From NCBI GenBank assembly GCA_036507655.1, contig DATCIS010000019.1, positions 10,736-74,735 of the forward strand: a DNA stretch of 64,000 bases. The letters run 5' to 3'. This DNA comes from Candidatus Saccharimonadales bacterium. GTDB taxonomy: Bacteria; Patescibacteriota; Saccharimonadia; Saccharimonadales; UBA10212. Of this stretch, positions 28,707 to 37,239 are shown one piece after another. Position 1 is the stretch's first letter, and the number at the start of each line of letters is the position of its first letter. Both the position numbers and the translations under genes were made by a program. The notes beneath the pieces are model-generated. The model was not told the origin of the DNA, did not search any database, and saw nothing but the letters and a program-made list of their open reading frames with translations.

Positions 28707-29187
28707 TTATCTTACCAATGCGTCGTTGATGACGTGCTTCTTCACGAAAAGGCGTCTCCAACCATAATTTAATCACCTGCTTCATATCTTCGAGGGCTAC
28801 AAATCGGGCAGCCAGGCTCAGCATATTGGAATCATTGTGGGTTCGGCTTAGCCGGACAACCTCATATGGATCGTGGCTGGTGCGACCGGTCACATCAGTA
28901 ACTTTTCTGGACACGGCAGGCCCATAAAACAGGCTACACCGTATGCCTTTGATTTTATTAGCCACCATCGCCTCGCCTTGCCCTGAGCCACCAAAAACTA
29001 GGCCTCGTTGGCATTCGCCGGAAGCTACTGATTCGGCAGCCGGAATAATAAAATCCGGGTAATCATCATCTGGATTTAGACTCTTGGGGCCGAAATTTTT
29101 AACTTCGTGCCCTGCTGATTCGAGATAAGCGGCTATATCATTAAGTTGCTCAAATCCAGCGTGGTCAGATGCCAGTGCAATCTTCAT
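28690..29187 (-). CDS. rpiB: Ribose-5-phosphate isomerase B
   Basis: ASDHAG, DDYPD, GGSGQG, ANKIKGIR, HNDSN, RHQRR. Confidence 0.93.
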   Translation of the reverse strand: MKIALASDHAGFEQLNDIAAYLESAGHEVKNFGPKSLNPDDDYPDFIIPAAESVASGECQRGLVFGGSGQGEAMVANKIKGIRCSLFYGPAVSRKVTDVTGRTSHDPYEVVRLSRTHNDSNMLSLAARFVALEDMKQVIKLWLETPFREEARHQRRIGKINGLGS

Positions 29188-29206
29188 TTTTCTTCTCCCA
29201 TTTTAA

Positions 29207-29287
29207 GGAAAAGAGAAGCCCGAGCGGCGGATTCATTCCGCGCCCGGCGCGATGAGAAAAACGTAGTTTGTCTCATAAGCGTCAGCG
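29207..29287 (-). repeat. Structured dispersed element, copy A (3' of gap)
   Basis: CGCTGACGC-TTATGAGA-CAAACTACGTTTT-TCTCAT-CGCG-CCGGGCGCGGA-ATGAA-TCCGCCGCTCGG-GCTTCTC; homologous to copies at 41021, 45093 and 50668. Confidence 0.85.
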
Positions 29288-30661
29288 TCAAAACCTGTGG
29301 ACACCGTCGATATTGGTGGCGTCAGATGGCAAAGGGTGCTTTGGTTGCTCACCATCGATGATATATCCGGCCCCTTTGGTATCTTCACCGGCCGCCGATT
29401 TGTCGCCATCTTCGGCTGTAAGTGGTTCTTTGTCTTGTACTTCCAGACTTGGTACAGATTTTGCTAATAAATCAGGCTCTTTTTGAGTCGATTCAGGCGC
29501 TGGCAGTAGTGGCTCGTCCGGGGGTTCGGTGATATTTAGCTTTTTCTCTTTGGATTCAATATCTTTCTGGTCTTTGTGATGCCGATCGGCGTGTTTGGCT
29601 TCAACGTCTTTGAGATTGGCCTGATTATCTTCGTCTTCGGACTCAGAGCCACTGCTTAAGAGCCGCGCGACATCTGCCGTTAGTTCGACCAGGCGGTTAC
29701 TATAGCCCCATTCGTTGTCGTACCAAGCAACAACTTTAACTAAATTACCGTCAACAACCGCGGTTAGCGGCAAATCAACAATCGCTGAGTGGCTGTTACC
29801 GATAAAATCGCTGCTAACCAATTCCTCCTCAGTAACATCCAAAATGCCCTGGAAATATGGATCGGCTGAAGCTTTTTTAAGGACTTCGTTGACTTCTTCA
29901 ACCGTTGTGTTCTTTTTGGTAACTACAGCAAAATCGCTTAAAGACACGACCGGGGTTGGTACGCGCAGGCTCAGGCCGCCGAAAATTCCCTCCAGAGACG
30001 GCATGGCCTTAGCAGCCGCGATACTGGCGCCGGTCGTCGTCGGGACGATATTGGTGGCCGCGTTGCGAGCCTCACGAATGTCCTTGGCTGGGCCGTCCAA
30101 CAGAACCTGGCTGGCTGTATAACTGTGGATGGTTGTCATCATGGCTTTTTCGATACCGAAATTAGATTCGAGTATAGCCATAATCGGCGTTATAGAGTTG
30201 GTGGTACAGGAGGCATTACTAATTACTTCACTAGCTGAGTTTATTTTGTCCTCATTGACGCCGAGGACAATCGTCTCAGCACCATCGCCTTTGGCTGGTG
30301 CGCTGATTATGACTTTTTTAGCTCCGGCTTCAATATGGGCTTTGGCCTTGGCCGGGTCAGTGAAAAGTCCGGTAGACTCAATCACAACCTCAACACCTAA
30401 ATCCCTCCAGGGTAATTTGGCCGGGTCTTTCTCGGATAAAACTTTTATTTTCTGGTCTTTAACGATAATGTTCTGCTCATCGGACGCAACATCATATTGA
30501 TAAGCGCCGTAGTTACTGTCGTGCTTTAGTAGATGGGCCAAAGTCTTGGTATCGGTCAGGTCGTTAACGGCTACAATTTCCAAGTCAGGACGCTCAAAAG
30601 CAATCTTGAAGGTATTTCGGCCGATTCGACCGAAGCCGTTTATAGCGATTTTAGTTTTCAT
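29288..30661 (-). CDS. gap: Glyceraldehyde-3-phosphate dehydrogenase (type I) with about 120-aa acidic C-terminal tail
   Basis: INGFGRIGR, SNASCTTN, RVPT, WYDNEWGYS; likely start ATG 30661. Confidence 0.97.
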   Translation of the reverse strand: MKTKIAINGFGRIGRNTFKIAFERPDLEIVAVNDLTDTKTLAHLLKHDSNYGAYQYDVASDEQNIIVKDQKIKVLSEKDPAKLPWRDLGVEVVIESTGLFTDPAKAKAHIEAGAKKVIISAPAKGDGAETIVLGVNEDKINSASEVISNASCTTNSITPIMAILESNFGIEKAMMTTIHSYTASQVLLDGPAKDIREARNAATNIVPTTTGASIAAAKAMPSLEGIFGGLSLRVPTPVVSLSDFAVVTKKNTTVEEVNEVLKKASADPYFQGILDVTEEELVSSDFIGNSHSAIVDLPLTAVVDGNLVKVVAWYDNEWGYSNRLVELTADVARLLSSGSESEDEDNQANLKDVEAKHADRHHKDQKDIESKEKKLNITEPPDEPLLPAPESTQKEPDLLAKSVPSLEVQDKEPLTAEDGDKSAAGEDTKGAGYIIDGEQPKHPLPSDATNIDGVHRF

Positions 30662-30670
30662 TAATCTCCC

Positions 30671-30698
30671 ACCATACAATTCATTTCAATTGTATGGT
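30671..30698. promoter_or_regulatory. Perfect 11-bp inverted repeat upstream of gap (candidate operator or leader hairpin)
   Basis: ACCATACAATT-CATTTC-AATTGTATGGT, overlapping a minus-strand TACAAT. Confidence 0.55.
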
Positions 30699-30721
30699 TT
30701 TATGCTAAAGCTTTCAACAGT

Positions 30722-31255
30722 TTATGAGGACTTCTGAGCCCGTTCGATCGACTCAGCAATGACTTTCTTGGCTTCTTCGGTATCACCCCAGCCTAAGACT
30801 TTGGTGCTGCCGGGTTTTTTTAGGTCTTTGTAGTGGGAGAAGTGGTGGTCAATTTTTTGCTTCCAGCGCTCCCCCAAATCGTCTAGAGATTTTATTGAAT
30901 CTCCGCTGTCACGGTCGTCAGCCGGAACAACGATGATTTTATGGTCCATCTCACCGTCATCCTCGAAATTCAGGATGCCGACTATTCTGCCTTTCAGCCA
31001 AACCCCAGTGCCAACCGGCTGGGAGGTAACTATCAATGTATCCAGTTCATCACCGTCTTCATCTAGGGTTTGCGGTATGAATCCGTAATTTACCGGCTTG
31101 GCAAAAATCTTCGGCTCAACTCTATCGAGCCTGAAAGCTGCTCGCTTACGATCCCATTCGATCTTCATGATAGAACCTTCCGGAATTTCAACGACGGTGT
31201 TGAGTTCGCCGTTGCGCCAATCACCCGGCTCTAAAACTTGATTGAAATCTGGCAT
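30722..31255 (-). CDS. ppa: Inorganic pyrophosphatase (family I)
   Basis: VVEIP.GS..K.E, NYGFIPQTL.EDGDELD, DHKII, F.HYKDL. Confidence 0.95.
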   Translation of the reverse strand: MPDFNQVLEPGDWRNGELNTVVEIPEGSIMKIEWDRKRAAFRLDRVEPKIFAKPVNYGFIPQTLDEDGDELDTLIVTSQPVGTGVWLKGRIVGILNFEDDGEMDHKIIVVPADDRDSGDSIKSLDDLGERWKQKIDHHFSHYKDLKKPGSTKVLGWGDTEEAKKVIAESIERAQKSS

Positions 31256-31298
31256 CTTTAAGTTTCGGTTAACTGGCAGTATTGTACACTATTTTGAG

Positions 31299-31976
31299 AT
31301 GATTATTGTCGGTCACCGCGGTGCGTCGGGGTTAGCTCCGGAAAATACCATTAAGGCCTTAGAGCTCGGCCGGGATTTGGCCGACGGCGTGGAATTTGAC
31401 GTCAGAGTAACCAAGGATAAAGTTCCCATACTTAACCATGATGCCGGAATATTCGATAAAGATAGCAGACGGTGGTTGATAAAAGATTATAGCTATTCTC
31501 AGCTCAAAAAACTGAGACCGAGCCTGGCAACTCTGGAAGAAGCCCTGTCGCTCAAGTATGGTAAGACCCGTGTCTTCATTGAAATCAAAGCCCTAGAGCC
31601 AACCGAGCCGATAATTCAAGTTATTCGGCCATATTTTAAAAAAAGGCGGCTTCAAATCGCTATCGGGTCATTTGATTTTGAAGTTCTAAAAAAAGTTCGA
31701 ACTCAGCTCCCGGAAGTTCAGTTATTGATCAACGAAAGGTGGTCGAGCTTAAGGGCCAATTGGCGCGCCCGCCAACTTAATACCAATCAGATAAATATTG
31801 AGCACCGCTTCTTATGGTTTGGACTAGTAAGCATGCTGAGCAGGCGAGGGATTGTGCTCTATACTTACACTCTAAACGACCCCCGTAAAGCCCGCAATTG
31901 GCAAAAGCACGGCTTAGCCGGAGTATTTACAGATTTTCCTAACCTCTTTACAAGAAAAGTTAGTCGGTTACGCTAA
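31299..31976 (+). CDS. Glycerophosphodiester phosphodiesterase
   Basis: GHRGASGLAPENT, VEFDV, HD, IEIK, FTDFP; likely start ATG 31299. Confidence 0.9.
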   Translation: MIIVGHRGASGLAPENTIKALELGRDLADGVEFDVRVTKDKVPILNHDAGIFDKDSRRWLIKDYSYSQLKKLRPSLATLEEALSLKYGKTRVFIEIKALEPTEPIIQVIRPYFKKRRLQIAIGSFDFEVLKKVRTQLPEVQLLINERWSSLRANWRARQLNTNQINIEHRFLWFGLVSMLSRRGIVLYTYTLNDPRKARNWQKHGLAGVFTDFPNLFTRKVSRLR

Positions 31977-32376
31977 CCGTACCATGCATCGAGGGATGAA
32001 GACCGCAGATATAGTTAAAGCTGCCGACCTGGTTGAATGTAAAGCTAAAAGTATCATTATTGCCTAAGTTTTGGCTCTGAGGACCGCTGTCCGATTCGGC
32101 CTCAATAGTGTGAGCTACGCTGTCATTATTCGTCCAAGTTACCTTTGTTCCCTTCTTAACGGTTATATCAGTAGGTGAAAACGCGAAATTACTAATGCTG
32201 ACTTTATCAGTCGAAGCCGCTGATTGGTTATTCGAGGAAGTGTTTTGGCTATTTTGAGTAGTTGAGCTGCTCTGCTGGGTTGAGTTGTTATCAGTCTGAT
32301 TATTACCTCGACCGGCGACTATAAAAATAGCAGCCGCTATTAAGGCGATTACAATTAAACCCGCCAGATATTTCAT
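31960..32376 (-). CDS. Membrane-anchored cupredoxin (plastocyanin/amicyanin-like)
   Basis: N-terminal TM, S/N/T linker, FAFSP, VTWTN, HT, type-1 Cu motif C-x2-H-x2-M (YICGLHPSM); SD GGAGG. Confidence 0.9.
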   Translation of the reverse strand: MKYLAGLIVIALIAAAIFIVAGRGNNQTDNNSTQQSSSTTQNSQNTSSNNQSAASTDKVSISNFAFSPTDITVKKGTKVTWTNNDSVAHTIEAESDSGPQSQNLGNNDTFSFTFNQVGSFNYICGLHPSMHGTVSVTD

Positions 32377-32422
32377 TCTATAAACCTCCATTTATATGCC
32401 AAAAGATATAATATCACGCTGG

Positions 32423-33427
32423 CTACGCCGCTGAGTACGTCCGGCTGTCGGTTTGCATTGAGCGGTGAGGATGATCGCCGTGTTTACGGGCCGGTACTTG
32501 ATCCAGATATTCCCGGATGGTCAGGGCAGCAGTAGCGCCTTCGCCGACAGCGCTGGCAATCTGCTCTGTGGCACCGCTGCGCACATCACCAGCGCAAAAG
32601 ATTCCCAAAATATTCGTACCAAGATGCTCGTTGGTTTTTACAAAACCGCGTTCGTCAAGCTCGATGCCACTACCAGCTAGGAATTGGGTATTGGGAATCA
32701 GGCCGATGAATACAAAAACACCATCGGTTGCGAATTCGACATTTTGATTCGTCTGGTTGTTCTTGGCTACGACCCTTTTCACAAAGTTACCCTCTCCAAC
32801 AATCTGACTGATTTCGGTGTTGAAATGGACGGTTATATTGGGTGTCTTGGCAATCCGTTCAACCAATATGTCGCTAGCCCGCCACTGGTCTTTTCTAATC
32901 AAGATATCAATATGATCGACCAGCTTTGCCAAGAATAGGCTCTCTTGAGCCGCCGAATTACCACCGCCGACCGCAACTAGCCGTTTACCTTTATAAAGCG
33001 GTCCATCACAGGTCGCGCAGTAGTGTACGCCCTTACCGTAATACTCTTTTTCACCCTCTGCCTCTAAGCGTTTGTAGTTGTTGCCAGTAGCAATCAACAG
33101 TGTATGCGCTAGGTACTCCTTGTTATCGGCCGTATAAGCTTTCTTGACGTCTGATCCATTCTCAATCTTGGTTACGTCGCCATACTCGAGTTTGGTACCG
33201 AATCGTTCGGCTTGTGCTCGTAAGCGGTCGGCCAGCTCCAGGCCGCTGATGCCGTCAGGGAACCCTGGGTAATTTTCTACGCTGTCGGTGATTGCCGCCA
33301 GACCGCCTATCACGCCTTTTTCCAAAACCAATGTTTCTATATCTTCGCGGGTGGTATAAACCGCCGCACTGAGTGCTGCCGGTCCGGCCCCTATAACGAC
33401 TAGGTCGTGGACTGGATTATTTTCCAT
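32423..33427 (-). CDS. trxB: Thioredoxin-disulfide reductase
   Basis: GAGPA, VENYPGF, CATCDG, GGGNSA, AGDV. Confidence 0.93.
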   Translation of the reverse strand: MENNPVHDLVVIGAGPAALSAAVYTTREDIETLVLEKGVIGGLAAITDSVENYPGFPDGISGLELADRLRAQAERFGTKLEYGDVTKIENGSDVKKAYTADNKEYLAHTLLIATGNNYKRLEAEGEKEYYGKGVHYCATCDGPLYKGKRLVAVGGGNSAAQESLFLAKLVDHIDILIRKDQWRASDILVERIAKTPNITVHFNTEISQIVGEGNFVKRVVAKNNQTNQNVEFATDGVFVFIGLIPNTQFLAGSGIELDERGFVKTNEHLGTNILGIFCAGDVRSGATEQIASAVGEGATAALTIREYLDQVPARKHGDHPHRSMQTDSRTYSAA

Positions 33428-33676
33428 CTAAGCCACGGCGGGGGCGAGCCGCGGAATATTGTAGCCGATTACGACCTCTTTGGAATCGTCCTGCTTTGTC
33501 ACAACCGTTATCGGCACCGTTAAGGCACCACTCATTTCTAAGACTTCTTGTTGGAGTTCAGGTTGCTCGTCCAGATTGACTATCTCGTACTTGAGACCTT
33601 TCATATCCAAAAAACGCTCCACCATAACACAATAAGCGCAGGTGTTGGTAGTAAATATAGTAATACTTTTTGGCAC
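33428..33676 (-). CDS. Glutaredoxin/NrdH-like redoxin
   Basis: CAYC active site, cis-Pro TVP; likely start GTG 33676 after SD AAGGAGG. Confidence 0.88.
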   Translation of the reverse strand: MPKSITIFTTNTCAYCVMVERFLDMKGLKYEIVNLDEQPELQQEVLEMSGALTVPITVVTKQDDSKEVVIGYNIPRLAPAVA

Positions 33677-33794
33677 GTGACCCTCCTTTTTTTGGGGTTT
33701 TAGTTTTAAAAGCTGCTCTCGCTTAATTAATATAGCTTGTGTAGCGTAGCGAGTCAATAACGCTATATATTGTGTTTTTGTCAGCAAATATGCA

Positions 33795-34301
33795 TTACTG
33801 AACTGCCAGCAGTGTGATGTCAAAGACCAAATCGGCGTTTGGCGGTATGCCCGATGTGGGCGGCGGGTTAGCACCGTAAGCCAAGCTAGCCGGTATGAGT
33901 AGGCGCCTTTGCCCGCCGACTTTCATTCCTACCAGTCCTTCCTTCCAGCCTTCAATGACCTGATCGAGCTTAAAGCTTACGGGTTGCCCGCTGTCTTGAG
34001 AGCTTTCGAAAACAACCCCAGTCGATGCGATTGCGCCAGTGTAAATTACCGCGACGGTTGAGCTGGCTTTGGCCCCAGTACCGCTACCAACAGTTTTATC
34101 AATTTTTTGTAGTCCCTCGACCTTAGCCACGGGAACGAAGTCTGGCATTGGTTGGCCTTTAAGTTGGTTCTGGGGCTGGCTTTGGTTTTGATTACCGCCT
34201 CTTGTAGCTTGCCAGAAATAATAAATGCCCACGCCGACTCCGGTGAGGACGAATAAAATGGCCACAAACAGCCACATCGCCCGCCGCAAAAAATCTCTCA
34301 T
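33795..34301 (-). CDS. FKBP-type peptidyl-prolyl isomerase, membrane anchored
   Basis: YTG, VFESS, VIEGWKEG, GMKVGG.R.LLIP.LAYG, IPPNADLVF. Confidence 0.95.
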   Translation of the reverse strand: MRDFLRRAMWLFVAILFVLTGVGVGIYYFWQATRGGNQNQSQPQNQLKGQPMPDFVPVAKVEGLQKIDKTVGSGTGAKASSTVAVIYTGAIASTGVVFESSQDSGQPVSFKLDQVIEGWKEGLVGMKVGGQRRLLIPASLAYGANPPPTSGIPPNADLVFDITLLAVQ

Positions 34302-34308
34302 ATACTTA

Positions 34309-37164
34309 TTAAGCCTCCTTGGGTGATCTTATTCTCAATACTAGGGGCCAGCCGATTGTCGTTGCTAGCATAATCACAGGCACTAGCTGCGGTAGGCTAG
34401 CAACCACTGATGCTCCAATTAAAGCAACGTTCGTAATTAACCACAACAAGAATGTTTTGCGTCTTATGTACAATCTTACAAACTCGGCCCCAAGATAATA
34501 ATAAGGAAAGACAACAACTACCAAGAAGGTGCTGGACAGTAGGCCGCACATTAAAGTCACTGCCAGTCCCTCCCAGAAGGGGTTGCTAAGATAAAGCGGG
34601 ATTAATGAGAAAACGGCCGTGAAAGAGGTGGCTATTAACGGACGGAATCGTTCTTGCAGAGCGATAGCCATTGAATCGACCGGTCCATGCCCTTGCCGCC
34701 TCGCCTGGTTGGCGTAATCAGTAAGCAAAATTGTGTTTTTAATACTTAGGCCGATTAACGCAAAGAAACCAAGCATTGTGAAGAAACTGAAGGCATTATC
34801 GGTCAGCCAAAGACCGGTAGTAATACCGAAGAGGCTGAACGGTATGGCCATAAAGATTAGTGCGGGCTGAAGCAACGATCGGAATTGGGTGATCAGAAGG
34901 AGATAAATTGCCAACAGCAGTATCGGCAGAGCAATCAGTAGGGTCTTGAACGAGTTCTGATTTTCACTCTCAAAACCGATATCGAAGGCGATAGCGTCTC
35001 GGGGTAAGCCATAGTTAGCTACTTTTTGGGGCGGAAAGTCTTTTTTAACGGCATTCTGAGCCAGAATTACCAAAGTTGATGTATCGGTATCGTCGAACTC
35101 CGAAGCAACAGAAACGTACGACTTGGTGTTGTATCTAGTTAGTGTATCGCTACCGCCGATATTAATGTTCTTTAAGTGGGCTAGGCTGCCGTCGGGTCGC
35201 TTTAGTTCAAGTTCGGCTAAATAATTCTTCAAGTCATCAGCCAGTTTGTAGGCGACATCTAAGTTCGTTGTCTCGATCCTCACCGAGAACGCTCCAGCCG
35301 GCGGGCCAACATCGCTGGAAGAAGTTTGTACCAAGGCCCCAGGGAAGTCGCTAAAGGCTTTGTCGAGCTGCTTTGTCAGCTTGGGCGCTGTCACATCCGG
35401 ACCTCGCTGCTTAAACGATTTCAGGTTAATGAACAGTTGCGCCTGGTGAGCATTACCGGTGGCGTAATATGCCGCATTTTTAAAGTTCGGCCCCAAAGTT
35501 TTGGCTACAGTCTCGTCGGCCCTATCGGCTGTGGTCTCAATTTGTTCTATTGACTGGTTGGGCGGATAGGTGAAAGTTATGGTTATCAGATCGCTGTCTT
35601 TAGAAGGTGCAAAAATATTGAAAGTCACTTTTTGAAACAGTGCAGCGCCACCGGCAATAAAGACGAGCCCTACCACAACCGCGCTGATACCAAGCGTGAA
35701 CTGGCGCTTGCGCCGACCGCGCATCCATAGTAGCGGCCTAGATAGAGTTTTGGCGACCAGTACTTCTATATGATGTGCTATCGACTCACTTTTATCGTCG
35801 CTACCGAGCATTTTTGGCCGCAGTAAGATTAAGCGAGACAGAAACGGTATGAACGTGATGGCTACAATTAAGCTAACTACCAAGCTGGTCATGACTGTTA
35901 TTGGTATAGCTCTAATGAATTCACCAAGTATGCCGCCCACAAAAATCAACGGCGCGAAGCCAAAAATAGCTGTAGCGGTGGCTGCCAGCATGGCCCGGCT
36001 GATTTTACGGCTGGCTTGGGCAATAGCTTCTCTGGCTGATTTAAGGCGGCGCCTGGCAGCGTCTATGGCTTCGACCATGATAATTGTGTCGTCGACTATC
36101 AAGCTCAGGCCCAGAACCAAAGAAAACAGCGTGATAGTGTTTATGCTGTAGCCGATTACATACAAGACACCTAGCGTGGTAATAACTACCAAAGCCATGG
36201 CACTAACCGTGATAATCGATGCCCGAAGGGCAATCAGAATGGCGCTAACAACCAGTATCGCCATCAATCCTTCGAGTAAAGAGCCCTGTAGGCCGCTTAT
36301 TTGGTCTGTAATCGATGGCGCGGAGCTGAATGTACGAGCAGCTTTGAAACCGCTGAATTCAGGTGCGGAGTTTAGCTTGTCAATAGACGCCAGAACCTGT
36401 TTATCCAAGTCAAGCACATCGAAGCCCTTTTGGCCCTTTATGCCAATGCTAACTGAGCGGTAAAACTTTGTTTGGTCATTCTGGCGAACGCCATAGAAAT
36501 CAAACTTGCTCTGGCTGATAGCCGGCTGGCCAGTCCGTGGGTCGGTTCCGCGGACATAAGGATCAACTATCTTGACATAAGTCGCCAGCGGAATTTTTGC
36601 CTGATTGGCAAGATATTTGGCAGCTTCTTCGGCTTTCCTGGTCAGTTCTTCGGTGCTGGTCTGATTGTCTTTATCAAAAAAAACAATCAGGATATCGTCA
36701 CCACGTTCGTTTACCGAAGGTGAAAGCGGCCTGAACTCAGGCTTGGCGTCTTCAGGCAATACTTCCGCGTCCTTAACGGCCTTCTCCAAATCAGCAGTGG
36801 CTTTTTGTTCCTGGGTGCCCTCTTCATACTGGACAACTACGTTAAAGGAGTTGGCGCTGGCAAAGGCCTGCACGGTCTTCACCCGAGGTTGCCTACTAAT
36901 AACTTCGCTAAGAGGTTTAGTGACGTCGCGGTCGACCTTTTGTGGGTCGTCAACTAGGTATGGGCCGTTTACATAAGTGTAAGGTATATGAATTTCCGGA
37001 AAACCCTCGCGTTTTAGTAGCGTCGTGTAACTAGCGATGCCAAAAGCGAATATCAAAAGCCAGATAAGCAGTGAGGATCTAGGACGATCATAAAAGAACA
37101 AGGTTATCCGAGAGATAAGCGGTATTCGTGTTTTATTAGCCCGCCGTTGGCGGAATCTCAACAT
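34309..37164 (-). CDS. RND (AcrB/SwrC-like) efflux transporter permease
   Basis: Two large extracytoplasmic loops, about 12 TMs, LIVDDTII, ERFRPLIATS. Confidence 0.9.
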   Translation of the reverse strand: MLRFRQRRANKTRIPLISRITLFFYDRPRSSLLIWLLIFAFGIASYTTLLKREGFPEIHIPYTYVNGPYLVDDPQKVDRDVTKPLSEVISRQPRVKTVQAFASANSFNVVVQYEEGTQEQKATADLEKAVKDAEVLPEDAKPEFRPLSPSVNERGDDILIVFFDKDNQTSTEELTRKAEEAAKYLANQAKIPLATYVKIVDPYVRGTDPRTGQPAISQSKFDFYGVRQNDQTKFYRSVSIGIKGQKGFDVLDLDKQVLASIDKLNSAPEFSGFKAARTFSSAPSITDQISGLQGSLLEGLMAILVVSAILIALRASIITVSAMALVVITTLGVLYVIGYSINTITLFSLVLGLSLIVDDTIIMVEAIDAARRRLKSAREAIAQASRKISRAMLAATATAIFGFAPLIFVGGILGEFIRAIPITVMTSLVVSLIVAITFIPFLSRLILLRPKMLGSDDKSESIAHHIEVLVAKTLSRPLLWMRGRRKRQFTLGISAVVVGLVFIAGGAALFQKVTFNIFAPSKDSDLITITFTYPPNQSIEQIETTADRADETVAKTLGPNFKNAAYYATGNAHQAQLFINLKSFKQRGPDVTAPKLTKQLDKAFSDFPGALVQTSSSDVGPPAGAFSVRIETTNLDVAYKLADDLKNYLAELELKRPDGSLAHLKNINIGGSDTLTRYNTKSYVSVASEFDDTDTSTLVILAQNAVKKDFPPQKVANYGLPRDAIAFDIGFESENQNSFKTLLIALPILLLAIYLLLITQFRSLLQPALIFMAIPFSLFGITTGLWLTDNAFSFFTMLGFFALIGLSIKNTILLTDYANQARRQGHGPVDSMAIALQERFRPLIATSFTAVFSLIPLYLSNPFWEGLAVTLMCGLLSSTFLVVVVFPYYYLGAEFVRLYIRRKTFLLWLITNVALIGASVVASLPQLVPVIMLATTIGWPLVLRIRSPKEA

Positions 37165-37239
37165 AACAACCTCAGCTTTTTCTAACTTACTCTCATATTA
37201 GCATGCGCCTCTGTGAGACCAGTCACTTTTTCTAAAAAA

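Noticed and set aside
33677-33874. N-terminal extensions given by the ORF track (glutaredoxin; also fba, tktN, rmuC, atpB, atpH, atpD, aminopeptidase)
   Set aside because: They overlap neighbouring genes or hairpins; downstream starts have an SD or -10 box and match family N-termini.
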